A stretch of DNA of 63,509 nt, filler included, from Chiloscyllium plagiosum (Eukaryota): the NCBI RefSeq assembly GCF_004010195.1. It is 5 parts of one record of this genome, joined end to end, with 100 filler letters (N's around TTAATTAATTAA, not from the genome) between each part and the next. Parts side by side here need not be neighbours in the genome. Positions count along the whole stretch, not along the records: positions 1 to 18,553 come from NC_057711.1; positions 18,654 to 47,828 come from NC_057711.1; 3 more parts are not named here. One strand, written 5' to 3'. The notes under the pieces were generated by a model. The model searched no databases, was not told the origin of the DNA, and saw only the letters and a program-made list of their open reading frames with translations. Position 1 is the first letter of the stretch, and every line of letters begins with the position of its first letter. Shown piece by piece: positions 12,191 to 24,371 of this stretch. The translations under genes were made by a program, and so were the position numbers.

Positions 12191-13357
12191 TTCTCCAGCC
12201 TATGTTTTGGTTCCCATTCTCTGGAATTTTAGGCAGTAGTCTCTACTAAATTATTAAGGGAATAAACTTCATTTGCCACGTCTCTTCAGCAATCTAAAAA
12301 TATCAAATCTGCTAATTCTTATTTACCTTCAAAAGTTGACTCAAAACTTTTTCTCAAGTCACAGCCACTTCAAACATTTTCCTGAACTCTTCTGCTTAAC
12401 TCATGGTATGTATCTTGCCCTTTCCTTTGGTGGTCTGCCTAGCCTCCTTCATCAGGGAATAGTGGATGTTTGAATGGCACTGTTCAAAAGAGAAATCAAA
12501 AGAAAGGAGTAAATTTATATATAGTAACCAAATGTTATAATATGGCTTATTTTGCTGTTGTTTATTATCCAGTTTAAAATAAATGTAATAATATGGTTCA
12601 CTGAGAGTAGAGAGGCTTTTATCTGCTTTAAAAGAAAACAAACTGGTTTCTGAATCTATTGCAGATCGGTTCCAAGAACCGCTATCACTAACAGGAATGA
12701 TAAGCAGACAAGTCTGAACTGAAACATTTTGTGCTTCCAAACTATCCTTGTTATGTGGTGTGGTGCTAGTGAGTCGCAGTGCTGACTAAGTTGCCAAGCC
12801 AGATCAAACCGGTTATATTTACACAGAGCAGGGCTTGGCCGTCTATGTAACAGTGTCAACTTACATCAGCGGTGTACTATCTAAAAGTCTACAGTGCACA
12901 CTAGTTCATGTCATTTTGACCAAATCCAGAACTTTAAACTTTGCTTCAGCTCAATAAGAATTTCTTAAAAACATCTAAGAACCCAAAAAGTGTTAAAGAA
13001 AACAAGAAAAACAATTTTTAATTTGAAGTGGATCTGTACAGTGTTTCCTTGCCTTCAAGGGCAATGGTATTGTAGAAAATTGCTTTCAGGCTCACTTATA
13101 AAGAAAAAAGTAATTTGTAAGTATTATACGTGACTGATGATGTGCAGTGGCAGTGACTTGGATCTCTGATTGTGTCCAGAACCACCTTTTTTTTATTATT
13201 TTAATTTTTCTTGAAACAAGGAACTGATCCTGTTTTTCTGTGCGTACCGTGCCCTGAGGAAGTTTCCACCTGCCAGGCAGGCAGTTTGGAAATTATAGCT
13301 GAGAGGAGTTAAAAATCACACAACACCAGGTTATAGTCCAACAGGTTTAGTTGGAAG

Positions 13358-13393
13358 CCCACTAGCTTTCAGAGCGTCGCTCCTTCATCAGGG
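13358..13393 (-). ncRNA. Minimal hammerhead ribozyme (family B), opposite arm
   Basis: Minus strand reads CTGATGAAGGAGCGACGCTCTGAAAGCTAGTGGG, with one C>T change at the base of stem II. Confidence 0.75.
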
Positions 13394-13634
13394 GTAGTGG
13401 AGGGCTCAATCCTAACACATAGAATTTATAGCAAAAATTTACAGTGTGATGTAACTGAAATTACATATTGAAAAATTGATTGTCTGTTAAGCCTTTCATC
13501 TGTTAGAATTATCATGGTATTCTAACAGATGAAAGGCTTAACAGACAATCTATTTTTCAATGTATAATTTCAGTTACCTCACACTGTAAATGTTTGCTAT
13601 AAATTCTGTGTGATAGGATTGAGCCCTCCACTAT

Positions 13635-13670
13635 CACCTGATGAAGGAGCGACGCTCCGAAAGCTAGTGG
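13635..13670 (+). ncRNA. Minimal hammerhead ribozyme (family B), intact core
   Basis: CAC-CTGATGA-A-GGAGC(GAC)GCTCC-GAAA-G-CTA-GTG, with palindromic AGCT stem III and a CUA triplet. Confidence 0.85.
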
Positions 13671-14334
13671 GCTTCCAATTAAATCTGTTGGACTATAACC
13701 TGGTGTTGTGTGATTTTTAACTTTGTGCACCCCAGTTCAACATCGGCATCTCCAAATCATAGTTGAGAGGAGACTGCCTTACTTGCATCTGGATGGGCAA
13801 GTTCCACAGTTAGCCACCTTGTCTTGGTGTCTTGAGAATGATAGCAGTCCATTTGCTCCTGAAAATATCACACAATAGGAACATTGGAACATAAGAGCAA
13901 GAGGAAATCATTTAATCTGTTGTCACAATGATGGATTTGAACCCTAAAGTACAATGGATATTTTTAACCTTTTAAAGTCCTGTGCAGGACCCATGGAGAG
14001 TGAGAGAGAAAGACATTAACGAGAGAGATGATGAGGCTAACTAGCTGCTCCTTATCGGCAGAAAGCCAGGAATTTTTTTTGTGTTTTTCCCTTCGAGGAC
14101 CTCTGGTCTGTGTATGTGCCAGATGGGGAAACTGTGCTCATGGAAGGAGTTGTGTTCTTGAACTGAGAATTGTGTGTGCTAGCATGGGTTCAAGTGCTAG
14201 TTTGCTGTTAAGGTCATAATAAAAGAATACCCAATAAGTACCTTTGTGTTGAAGGTAAAATAAACTGTCTAGCTAACAAACTAGTCAGAAGGGACAAGAA
14301 TAATCAAACAACTTCCCTTGGAGTTTACCTTGTA

Positions 14335-14713
14335 GCAGCTGAGAGCCAATACGGAACAGACTTGAGGCTTGGAGCGGAGCAGGGACAGGTTTTGGAATGG
14401 GATCTGGCGTGGGCAGTCAGACCATGTGTGGGAGGTCCTGCATTGAGCTGCTGCAGTGTAGTCTTTATTTGTATTTTTTTTATCTGACTATATCTGTCAG
14501 ATTTTTTATCTGTCACTTGTTTAACTATGTCTTACTTCAAACTTATTCTTTAAACACTTTAAAGTAATGCAATTATTTTTCCTTTTATTCTGTTTTGTAA
14601 CTAAGATTTGTACCTTGGTACTTGGACCTAAGATAGCACCATAAGAGGCCTTTTCATTGACTCATGTACTTCTGTACTTGAGTACACATGGCAATAAAGG
14701 ATATTCTATTCTA
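14335..14713 (+). mobile_element. LINE-type 3' tail (possibly Rex1-related), nested in an LTR-like block at ~13918-15040
   Basis: Ends ...cacatggcAATAAAggatattctattcta, a short tandem tail. The enclosing block interrupts a CR1 tail (13880 resuming at ~15045). Confidence 0.4.
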
Positions 14714-15562
14714 TAAATTTTCTCATTCTGAGTGCTGCCAGCCAACACCAGAAAAAAGAAACAGGACAAAAGGATTCTAAATAACTGCAAAGCCAAAAAA
14801 AACCCCAAAACAACTATTCAATGATTAACATTCCACTACCTAATCTTCTTGAACCACTGAGAGAGAAGGATCGAAATCTCATTTAGCTTGTATCTTGTAT
14901 TGTCTCTCTTTGTGTTCCTAATCTATGTGTGTGTTGTGTTATTCTTTATATTCACACTTACTAATCAATAAACACACTACTTGTTAACTCAAGAAAGCCC
15001 AGTTAAATTGGCTCATTTTAAAACACTTTCATTTTTTAGGGAGACTGTCTAGACTATTCCACCATTCAAGTAGATCATGGCTGATCATCACTCTCGACGC
15101 TCCGTTCCCACACTACCTTTATAGCATTATTAGTCTCTGGAACCTATCAAGTTCTGTGTTGAACATGCTCATTGATTGAACTTCCACTACACTCTGGGGT
15201 AATGAAGAAAATTCTCCTCATATCATTCTTAATTGTTTGAGACAATGTCCCATGACTTTAGACTCGTCAGTCAGAGGAAACATCCAATCTGCATTCAACT
15301 GGTTACAACCTGCAAGAATTTCGTAAGCTTCAATGAGTTCACTGCTCAATATTTGAAACACCAAAGAATACAGGCTCAGTTTACTCAATGTCTCCTAATA
15401 AGAAAATTCAGGAATTAGTTTGGCTGCACTCCCTCTATAGCAGAAGAAAAGCAGAACAATTATATTTTTTTAACAACGTGGTTCATTGCTGAACAATGTA
15501 CTTCCATTAAGAAAAAGAACTAATGTGTATTGTATGAAATACTTAGAAAAGTATCTACATAC

Positions 15563-15644
15563 TTGTCAGTTGCTGAACGCCCTTGTTGATAACTTTTTCA
15601 ATTCCAATATTTTCACAGATGTTCTCTTCATTGGCCTTGTAGTG
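15563..15644 (-). other. Candidate 82-nt coding exon (HYKANEENICENIGIEKVINKGVQQLT)
   Basis: Acceptor ttttttaaattaccactAG and donor CAA|GTATGT. Only phase 0 is open. No homology recognised. Confidence 0.22.
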
Positions 15645-16059
15645 CTAGTGGTAATTTAAAAAATCCAGAACTTGCTACCTGTATATTTTCTTACACAATA
15701 TTCCTCACTTCATACATTATCTTTATTGACTTTAATTTGTTTACTACTCTTCTATTTCCTCAACTTCATGATCACATCCACCCACAGACTTCTAACTCTC
15801 TAAATCTATAACAAAGTCCAGCTCCTCTATCAATTATACATCTTTCCTGTGCCCTCTGCTCTTCAAACTCTAGCACACTGAAACATCTCACCCTACTACT
15901 CCAACAGTGGTGACAGATCCTTTAGTAATTCCACTATTCAAAAATTAGGCTATCATTGTATACATCTACATGCTGCTTAAAAAGTGGTTGACAATACAAG
16001 AGTAAGTCCTTCCAACATTGGGAGTTCCCACAATTCTAGATCAGAATTCTGGCAACACA

Positions 16060-17050
16060 AGGACAAGAGAAAAGGGCAGGTGTAGATTGTATGCTATGTG
16101 AAGCTTGTTCCACTGTTTAATACAATCAAGGCTGATCTTTGACTTCAATTTTAGTTTCTGCCAAATCCTTTGATTCCCTAAGAGACCAAAAATCTGTTTA
16201 TTCCAAAATGCATTCAATGACATGCCCATGGAAAAATAATTCCACAAGCTCACATGATTTTAAGTGAAGGAATTTCTCTTAATCTCAGTCTTAAATTATC
16301 CTCTCCATAAACTTAGACAGTCCCTGATTTAAATTGGTTTAGTTTCCTCAACTAGTGGAAGCTTCTCATTAGTTACCCTGCCAACCCTTGGAGAATATGA
16401 AATGAGCTTTTTTTTTCTCTCAATTCCAGAGAATAGAAGATCAATTTACTTAGTCATTCATCAAAGGACAGCCTTCTCAGCCTAGCAAATAAGCTAGAGT
16501 CTAAAAATGTGGCATTGGAAAAGCACAGCAGGCTAGGCAGCATCAAGGAACAGGAGAGTCCTCACTCACTCCTAGGAAATAAACTAGTCAATCTTTGCTA
16601 TACAGACTTCGATACAAGTATATTGTTACAGAAATATAGAAATCAAAATTGCGTACAGAAGTCCAAGTGTGGTCTTACCAAAGCCCTCTGCTGTTGTCAA
16701 AAAATATCCTTAATCCTCTACTCCTATTCTCTTTCAACATTAAGGTCAACATTCTGGTACCTTCCTATTGCTTGTTGCATGTGCAAACTAACTTTCTGTG
16801 TTCACCCAAGTCTCTCTGAACATCAACTTTTACAAGTTTTATGACTTTCAAAATGATTCTGTTTTTCTATTCTTGCAAACAAGGTGAATAAGCTCACACA
16901 CCCTGACTTTATACTCCATCTGCTATTCAGTTGCCCACTCACTTAACAAGTCTGTATGTCTTTGCAGACCATCTGAGTCCTCCTCACAGTTCACATTTCT
17001 GCCTAAATTTGTACAATTAATTCTAAAGGAATGACCCACCATCCATAGTC
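16060..17050 (-). mobile_element. Old CR1 3' region, with a partial pLTR at ~16497-16560
   Basis: Reverse complement carries LVRPHLD.C.QF-like sequence (gtccaagtgtggtcttacca). Heavily decayed. Confidence 0.6.
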
Positions 17051-17266
17051 AATTAAAGTATCAAACTTAAAGAAATATATAACTCACAAAGAACAATATA
17101 GTGCAGAACAGGCTCTTTGGCCCTCGATGAAATTAGAGATTAAATTAAAGGTTGGATGACTGGCTAGAATATAAAGAGAATGACTAAAATATTAATCAGG
17201 AGGAACAAATTAGAGTACAAGAGGAAGCTAGCTAGGAATGTAAAAACAGAAACCAAGCATTCCTAT

Positions 17267-18252
17267 TGTTATCAAGACAAGGATGACCCCTCCGATAAAA
17301 ACAACCCGAAATACCCAGGGAGATTTGCCTCGCTCTCTAAACTGTTAAAAGAAGTGTGAAAAGTGATATAATCTGCCTGTCATCCCAATCTATTATAAAC
17401 GAATGGTTAAATGAAATAAACCCCTGACAATCACAATATAATCAACAAGTAACAATTTATTTATCAAACTCTTAACAGTAAACAAATTAACTAAACTGTT
17501 AACAAATTGAACAATTCCCCTCCAACTACTAATTATTCCCAAATAAAACAAGCATTCTAATAGTATGCAGTTCCAATAAATTATTATAAATCCCACTTAC
17601 ATAAACAAAATTTTAAAAAAATTAGAATTGAGTCTCTCTAAATTACAGTCAGTTTACATCTTCCAGAATATTCTGTATCTTCTCCATTGATCTTCTATCA
17701 GGAACGTCTTCTCAGTTAAATTCTTTGGTCAGGGATGCCTTCTCCATCAAATACTTTTGTCAGGAATATTAGCTACAGGTGCTTTTTTTAGATGATGTTT
17801 ACTCTGAGGCTTAGAGAATTCTGGGAGAGCCAAAAATTCTTTCTTTCGAGCTGATGGTTGTCAATTTGGGGGCAGATGGCAGTTCACTCTTTGTACAAAT
17901 GCCCTCTTTTTTATACCCTTGATGATCAATCAATATTTTTACAATCAGATTGGTCCTAGGTTGTCTAAACTATTTGATTTAAATTTGATAGGTGTTTATT
18001 ATCTAAGGACTTGGTTCAAATTGATTGGCTGAATTTAAGACATGTTGTCTTGGTAAAAACACTGCTTGGACTGTGAACTGTACAGCCTTTTGGTACAAAT
18101 ATTTCACTTCAGCTCCTCCGTGCACCTGCAAACCCACAGACATCCTTTATGAATCGCTAAGTATAGAAAAGGTACATCATCTTTTAAAGGGGCCACTCAC
18201 TGCTTTTCCCATTTTAAAATTTTACAATTTTACAAACACCAACTTCACAATA
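17267..18252 (-). mobile_element. Solo LTR with 4-bp TSD CTAT
   Basis: Starts TGTTAT and ends CACAATA (decayed CA end). CTAT at 17263-17266 and 18253-18256. AATAAA is on the minus strand. Confidence 0.65.
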
Positions 18253-18261
18253 CTATTGACG

Positions 18262-18553
18262 TTTGTGAGAAGATTTGTAGCTTGGGTGCTCGTTGTCGTG
18301 ATTCTGTTCGCCGAGCTGGGAATTTGTGTTGCAGACGTTTCGTCCCCTGTCTAGGTGACATCCTCAGTGCTTGGGAGCCTCCTGTGAAGCGCTTCTGTGA
18401 TCTTTCCTCCGGCATTTGTAGTGGTTTGAATCTGCCGCTTCCGGTTGTCAGTTCCAGCTGTCCGCTGCAGTGGTCGGTATATTGGGTCCAGATCGAGGAC
18501 AGATTCAATCCATAAGCACATCGACCTGGATCCAATATACCGGCCACTGCAGC
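18262..18553 (-). mobile_element. PLE pLTR family C, switching to an inverted copy at ~18499 and cut by a spacer
   Basis: The plus arm encodes TDSIHKHIDLDPIYRPLQ, resembling a PLE ORF C-terminus, and mirrors 18465-18497. Confidence 0.75.
18331..18370 (-). ncRNA. Minimal hammerhead ribozyme (family C), intact core
   Basis: GCA-CTGAGGA-T-GTC(ACCTAGACAGGG)GAC-GAAA-C-GTC-TGC, with stem I GCA/TGC and a GUC triplet. Confidence 0.8.
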
Positions 18554-18653
18554 NNNNNNNNNNNNNNNNNNNNNNNNNNNNNNNNNNNNNNNNNNNNTTA
18601 ATTAATTAANNNNNNNNNNNNNNNNNNNNNNNNNNNNNNNNNNNNNNNNNNNN
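18554..18653. other. Artificial contig spacer N44-TTAATTAATTAA-N44
   Basis: Exactly 100 nt with a six-frame-stop core. Confidence 0.97.
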
Positions 18654-20836
18654 GGGTACGGTCAAGCAATTTTAATATTTCTAGGGGCAGCCGGCAGGGC
18701 TGTCCCCTTTCACTATTACTTTTTACATTGGTGATTGAACCGTTGGCAGAGGCCATTCGTGGGGATCTCAATATATCAGCTCCAGAAGTGGGGTCAAAAT
18801 TACATAAGATCTCGCTGTATGCAGATGATGTTCTAATTTTCTTGACAAATCCAGCAGTTTCAGTGCCTTGCCTGATACAATGCATTCACGTGTTTGGCGC
18901 TTTTTCAGGGTATAAGATTAATTTTGCTAAATCAGAGGCTATGCCTATGGGCATACGAAAGAGTTGGCTCTTGAGAGTGACTATAGATTCCCGTTTAGGT
19001 GGTCACAGGGGGGTTTTGTGTATTTGGGCATATTCATTACTCCAGTTCTGGATTGGCTGTTCAAAGCCAATTTGACTCAATTACTTGAAAAAATTAAACA
19101 AGATCTCCAAAGATGGGAGGCACTTCCAGTCTCATGTTTGGGTCGGATAGCGCTTATTAAGATGAATATTCTCCTTCGTTTGCTATACCTTATATGGATG
19201 CTCCCCCGATTTTCAATAAACAAACACTCAGGAGACTGAACAGTTGGCTCAGCTCCTTTATCTGGCACCATAAACGGCCCCTCATTAAATTAGCCAAACT
19301 TCAGTTGCCTCACAGATTGGGGGGCGTAGACCTTCCGGACATTAAAAATTACCAATTAAGCTCACTTTTGACCTACGTAAGTGATTGGGTTTGTGGGGAC
19401 CCTCTTTCAATATGGCTAAATATCGAAGTCTCCCAGGCAAGGTGCCCCCTTACCAGTTTGCTGTTTTTGGACAAGGTGAGGACAGTTAGGGAATACTGCC
19501 ATAACCCAATAGTCATCAATACTGTTAAAGCATGGAGGGCAATTCGGCAGAGGGAAGGTAATATTGGCAAAACATCTTTGTTTACATTTTTAGTGGGTAT
19601 GCCGAGTTTTCAACCAGGTATGATAGATTCAGGATTTAAACATTGGGCAGCTAGGAGTGTATCTTGCATGGGTGATTTATTTGAGGAAGACGTAATGATG
19701 TCCTTCAATCAGTTAGTACAGAAGTACGAGTTACCCAATAGAGACCTCTTTCGTTTTTTTCAAGTTAGGGATTTTATTCAAAAAAGGACCACGCTTTTGA
19801 CTGATCCTTACAAATCTGACATAGAAAGAGGGGTACTAAGGGCTAAGAGTACACTCTCTGTCAGTATTCTATATCACCAATTGGGGGGTGCCACCTCAGA
19901 TGAATCTAATCGACTCTGCAAGATGTGGGAAAGAGAGCTGGGTGTTGAAGTTTCTTCAGAGGCATGGGAGGATATTTGGGAGAATGCAAGGAAGATATCA
20001 ATTTGCAATAAGACCCATGTTTTACAGTTGAAGATTCTCCACAGGGTCTACTTAGCCCCAGACCGTTTGTCAAAATTTAAACCAGGGGTATCTTCAGCAT
20101 GTCCTAAGTGCAAGGTCTGCACGGGTACTCTTACTCATTGTCTTTGGTTTTGTGACAGGCTTCAAACATATTGGAGTGCTGTGGTGGGTGCAAGTGGAGA
20201 GGATTTTAGGTGTCGGGACGGAGAAGGACCCTATTTCGCTCCTTTTGGGCCTACCCATTATATTTCCTGCAGACTCGCATAAGGCAAAATTTTCAATATT
20301 CTTACATTCTGTGCAAGGAAGAATATCTTGCTAGGTTGGATATCAGAAAACCCCCCCAGGCCTGTCGGATTGGCGGAAGATTGTTGTGGAGCATATTCCC
20401 CTGGATTTTCTCACAAATATGGTACACCACATAACTGAGAATTTTTACAAGACATGGCAACCCTTTTGAAATACTTGGACACAGATTTATCTGCCACGCT
20501 AACAAGGGCTTTTGTGTTTCATGAGTCCAATATCCAGGGAGGAGGAACTGTGAATGTATGAGTGTTTTGTTTGGCTGGGCTGAGTTATTACTATTTATTT
20601 GTTTGTTGTTAGGTATTTATTTAGTTAGTTAAATAGCTAGTTTAGGTTTTTTTTTAATGTTATACTTCTCTATATATGTTTATACATTCGTATAGGAAGG
20701 TGGGTTGGGGAATTTTTTTTATTATTTGTGTTTAGTTTTGTTCTATTTTTGTACTGTTTTGAATTGCATTGTTTTGTATTTGTTGTAATATTTAAAAATC
20801 TATTTTTTCTTAATAAATATATATTATAAAAAAAAA
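18654..20836 (+). mobile_element. L1-clade LINE ORF2 3' half with 3' UTR and poly(A), frameshifted
   Basis: RQGCPLSLLLF..IEPLAEAIR...KISLYADDVLIFL...SGYKINFAKS, GRIALIKMNIL, GGVDLPD, and C-terminal CPKCK..TGTLTHCLWFC zinc knuckle. AATAAA then an A-run to 20836. Confidence 0.92.
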
Positions 20837-22029
20837 GTGTATCGGTTCATATTCAGCTACATGGTACTGCATCTGCTATGTGTTTGCCCACTCACTTAAA
20901 TTGCCTGATGACAGCTTTGATCTCTGAATACCATATCAACTAAGTTCTGTCTGGACCCTAGCTGGGTAAAGATTAATCTCTTTCCTTCTGCTTCAATAAA
21001 GGTCAATGAAAGGAGTCCTCGTAGACTAGTTGGCAATCAAAACAGAAAGGTAACTCATAGCTTATATTGCATTCCTGAGGAAATAATGTTGAGTCAAGTA
21101 CATGGCCCATACACTTGGGTGTTTCTGAGGAAAGAAGGAAGTCGCTAAGCAAGTTTCTTCCTCAACCATTCAGTACATGATCCTTGATGAAGGACTGTTG
21201 CATCATAGTCAAATGTTATAAGTGATTTTGCAAAAGGCAAAAGGAATTATTCAACAACTATCAACCAGTTAAGGCTATGCCAATTTTAAAGCACACTAAA
21301 AAAAATTGGGAGGGATTTTCAATGTGTCCCTACTCATGCCACCTTCAAAACATTTGGGCTGAATTTACCAAAAGGCAATTTTGGGCAGTTTCATGGAGAG
21401 TGTTTCTCTCCATGAGCCCCAGCAAATGATCTCATTCAATTCTTTGCTGCTTATCTCATTATGTAAGCATTATGTTTCTATGCCAAAACACTCACGCCAT
21501 TGTGTACACTCACCATCAGCAGGAATAGTTGCCACTGCTAGAACTTTCTGGAATTTTTGCTGCTGGAGTCATTTGTAAAGTTTGGGTCAATTGTTGCTAA
21601 CCACAGATATTCCTACACAGTACATTTAGTTAAAGAGAAATAAATACAGCAGTTTCTGAGGGTTCATAGGTTGCATTTGTGACAATTCATTGCAAATACG
21701 AGCTCACATTTATAAATGTATTGCTATTTTATGGCAGCATCTGACTTATTGTCTATCATAATAACTGAAGCTATAAGAGTTAATCTGCACAGACTGGCCT
21801 GCCCAGACCATGTTAGAACTCTATCAAAGGGAGTGTTAGTCTTTCCTGAATGCTTAGCAAAGCATAACGTTGTCTTTGTTCAATGTGGGAGCAGCACCAA
21901 CTGGTAAGCCTTCAAACAGTTCAAAACATTAACTTTTATGGAAAAAGCAAAATTGAAGAAAAAAAACAAATTAAAAAATTGCATTTGCTTCTGGGAATAA
22001 AAAGGATTTGCTTGTCTTTCGAGCAAGAA

Positions 22030-22740
22030 CAAATTTAAGTCAATGAATGATCGGTTCACCCAATGTACATCAATTGGAACTGAATGTCTATCCTGCCCAG
22101 CTTGTACTCTATGCTGCACTGTTCTATCAAGCTGAAGGTGATGTTCTTCCTGCTCAATATCCTCATGTTGCTATTGGGATGACTGTTGCTGCTCTCCCAA
22201 CAATTCAGAGTCCATTACGTCCTCGCTTTGCTTGCTCCAGTTGTGCAGCACACAGCCTGCATGGATCATGTGGTACACGTGATCTGTACTGTACTGCAAA
22301 GCCCCTACCTGATTGATCTGAGCCTTATGACCTCCACCTTCAAGAGCTCTATTATCTGCCCCACAATGGCCCTGGTGGAAGATTGGGCAGCTTTAACCTC
22401 AATCAGTGGGTTGCATAATGAAATCTCAGCCATGGTTGCTGAGGGTGTCCCTTGTCTCCTAGTAACCATCACTGTAAGGCATCCAACCCTTGAAATGAAG
22501 CAAGTACATGAGAATTCTCAAGGATCTTGGCATCCCAACAGCCACAGACTTCTCAGAATTGGTACTGATAATCACAGATGACTTTTACATTGATGTAATA
22601 GGGCCCTTTTCTGTTGATGAAGTCAACTGCATGAAGGTATGGTGCTCTCAATATAATATATGTACAGTCTATAGTGCCCTGAAATCGATGGCAGGTGTGG
22701 TTGACTCTTTACTGCCCTCTGAAATAGTTATGTTGTCAAA
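22030..22740 (-). mobile_element. PIF/Harbinger transposase relic (HARBI1-like DDE)
   Basis: Manual minus-strand translation across stops and frameshifts: QGTIDCT...LRAP...FINRKGPYYINVKVICD...WLLGDKGHP..PWL...STRAIVGQIIELLK...DQSG.ALQYS...GCVLHNW, then an acidic tail. Confidence 0.85.
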
Positions 22741-22752
22741 ATCTTCTATGCC

Positions 22753-22886
22753 CCTCATTCCTGAAGAAGGGCTTATGCCCAAAACGTCGATTCTCCTGTT
22801 CCTTGGATGCTGCCTGACCTGCTGCGCTTTTCCAGCAATACATTTTCAGCTCTGATCTCCAGCATCTGCAGTCCTCACTTTCTCCT
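22753..22886 (+). mobile_element. Solo PLE pLTR (family A), hammerhead GAAA mutated to AAAA
   Basis: CTGAAGAAGGGCTTATGCCCAAAACGTC at 22761-22788. Confidence 0.85.
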
Positions 22887-23234
22887 GCTCTAGCACTAGC
22901 CTTGTTACTGATTTGGAAAGAAGCCTGATGTTAGTTTGACCGGGCTTTCTTTTCAATGTAGAGCACAATCACCTGAATAGGCAAATTTGATGATGTGAAT
23001 TAATATAATGTGCTTTTGTAAGGAATCATGTTCATTTTTATGCAGTTTGTTTTTTATTCAGTCATGGAACGTGTGAACTGACAGGGCCAGAATTTGGTGT
23101 CCATCCCTAATTCCAGTTGAGAAGCTGATGCTGAGCTGTCTTCAGAAACCATTGCAATCTATATGGTGTAGACATACCCACAGCGCTATTGTTAAGGAAA
23201 CTGCAGGAATTTGACCAAGTAACAATGAAAAGTG

Positions 23235-23585
23235 GTGGAGCAATGGTGACATAATAGTAATGTCACCAACCCACAATCCAGAGGTCCAGATCAATGCTAT
23301 GGAGAAATGGGGTGGAAATTTTGTAGAATTTAATTTTAATTAAATACATCCACCATCGAAATTCATAAATTGTTGTAAAAGCCAATCTGATTTGCTGATG
23401 TCCTTTAGGGAAGGAGGTCTGCCATTATTTTCTGGTGTGACCTTTATGTGACTCCAGAACCACAGCAACGTGGTTGACTCTTAACAGCCCACTGAGGTAA
23501 CTTTGCAAGACATGCAGTTCCCAGGCTGACTAGGGATGGAAAACAAATGTGGCCCTTTCCAATAACACTCACACCCCATATTAAA
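23235..23585 (+). mobile_element. tRNA-derived SINE sharing its 3' tail with the CR1/L2-group LINE
   Basis: Homologous to 27265-27610 (gtaatgtcac..., tttagggaagga..tctgcc, tgtgactccaga.ccacagcaa.gtggttgactc, tail). Confidence 0.65.
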
Positions 23586-24371
23586 GAAGCGTAGATTTAA
23601 AAAAAAGTAGTTTTAGGTCATGGTATTGTGAGACTCGGAAGGGTGTCAAGCTTCTGTTGGCTTTGTCCTTTGAAAAGTCCTATTGAAAGAACTTTGTTGA
23701 GTAGCTGCAGTGGATCTTGTATATTGTACACAATACTATCACAGAGTGGTGATGGAGGGTCTGAAAGTCAAAATCTTTGGTTGAGATTATGATCAAGCAA
23801 GCTGCTTTGCTTTTGATGGTCCTGCTGAATGTATACCACAGTATTATCACCCCAGGTGCTTCTGCCTTGTGCAGTTGTTATTTCCAGGGCCTAGGTCTGA
23901 ATTTTCCATAATTGTTTTAATAAAAATGATTGACTTGCTCAGCAACTTTGGAGTGCAAATAACCAGTCGACCACATTGCTATGAGTCTGAAGTCCTACGT
24001 AAGCAGATCGGACAAGCACAGCAGATTTCTTTCTCTAAAGGATATTAGTGAATGAGACCTTTTAAAATTGCAATCCAGTAGTTTCATGAACATCAGTATC
24101 GAGATCAGATTCAAGATTTATTTTTGAATTTGAATTTAAATTGCACCAACCTTTGCGGTTGGATCAGCATGAACTTTAACAGGCTTTATTAAACATAATG
24201 AAATACACAGGGTGGTAAGAGAGGACCACACTGGAACTTTTCAGACTCCCAGCTCCACTGATGAACTGATATCAGTACAAACTAGCTCCATTTACACATG
24301 CTTAGTAGTTAATCCTAATGTAAAAATATAAGTAACCTTTTATGCCATGACTGCCACATCTTGAAAATTGT

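Larger units (their letters stand above)
13309..13758. mobile_element. Inverted-repeat PLE pLTR element (family B) forming a ~415-bp hairpin, with 14-bp TSD
   Basis: 13307-13509 is the near-exact reverse complement of 13519-13722. TSD is ATAGCTGAGAGGAG (13295-13308) and ATAGTTGAGAGGAG (13759-13772). Confidence 0.85.

Noticed and set aside
12328..12479. Coding exon or hammerhead (CTGATGAAGG on the minus strand)
   Set aside because: Stops in all three frames and no GAAA directly after a convincing stem II. At most a UTR exon.
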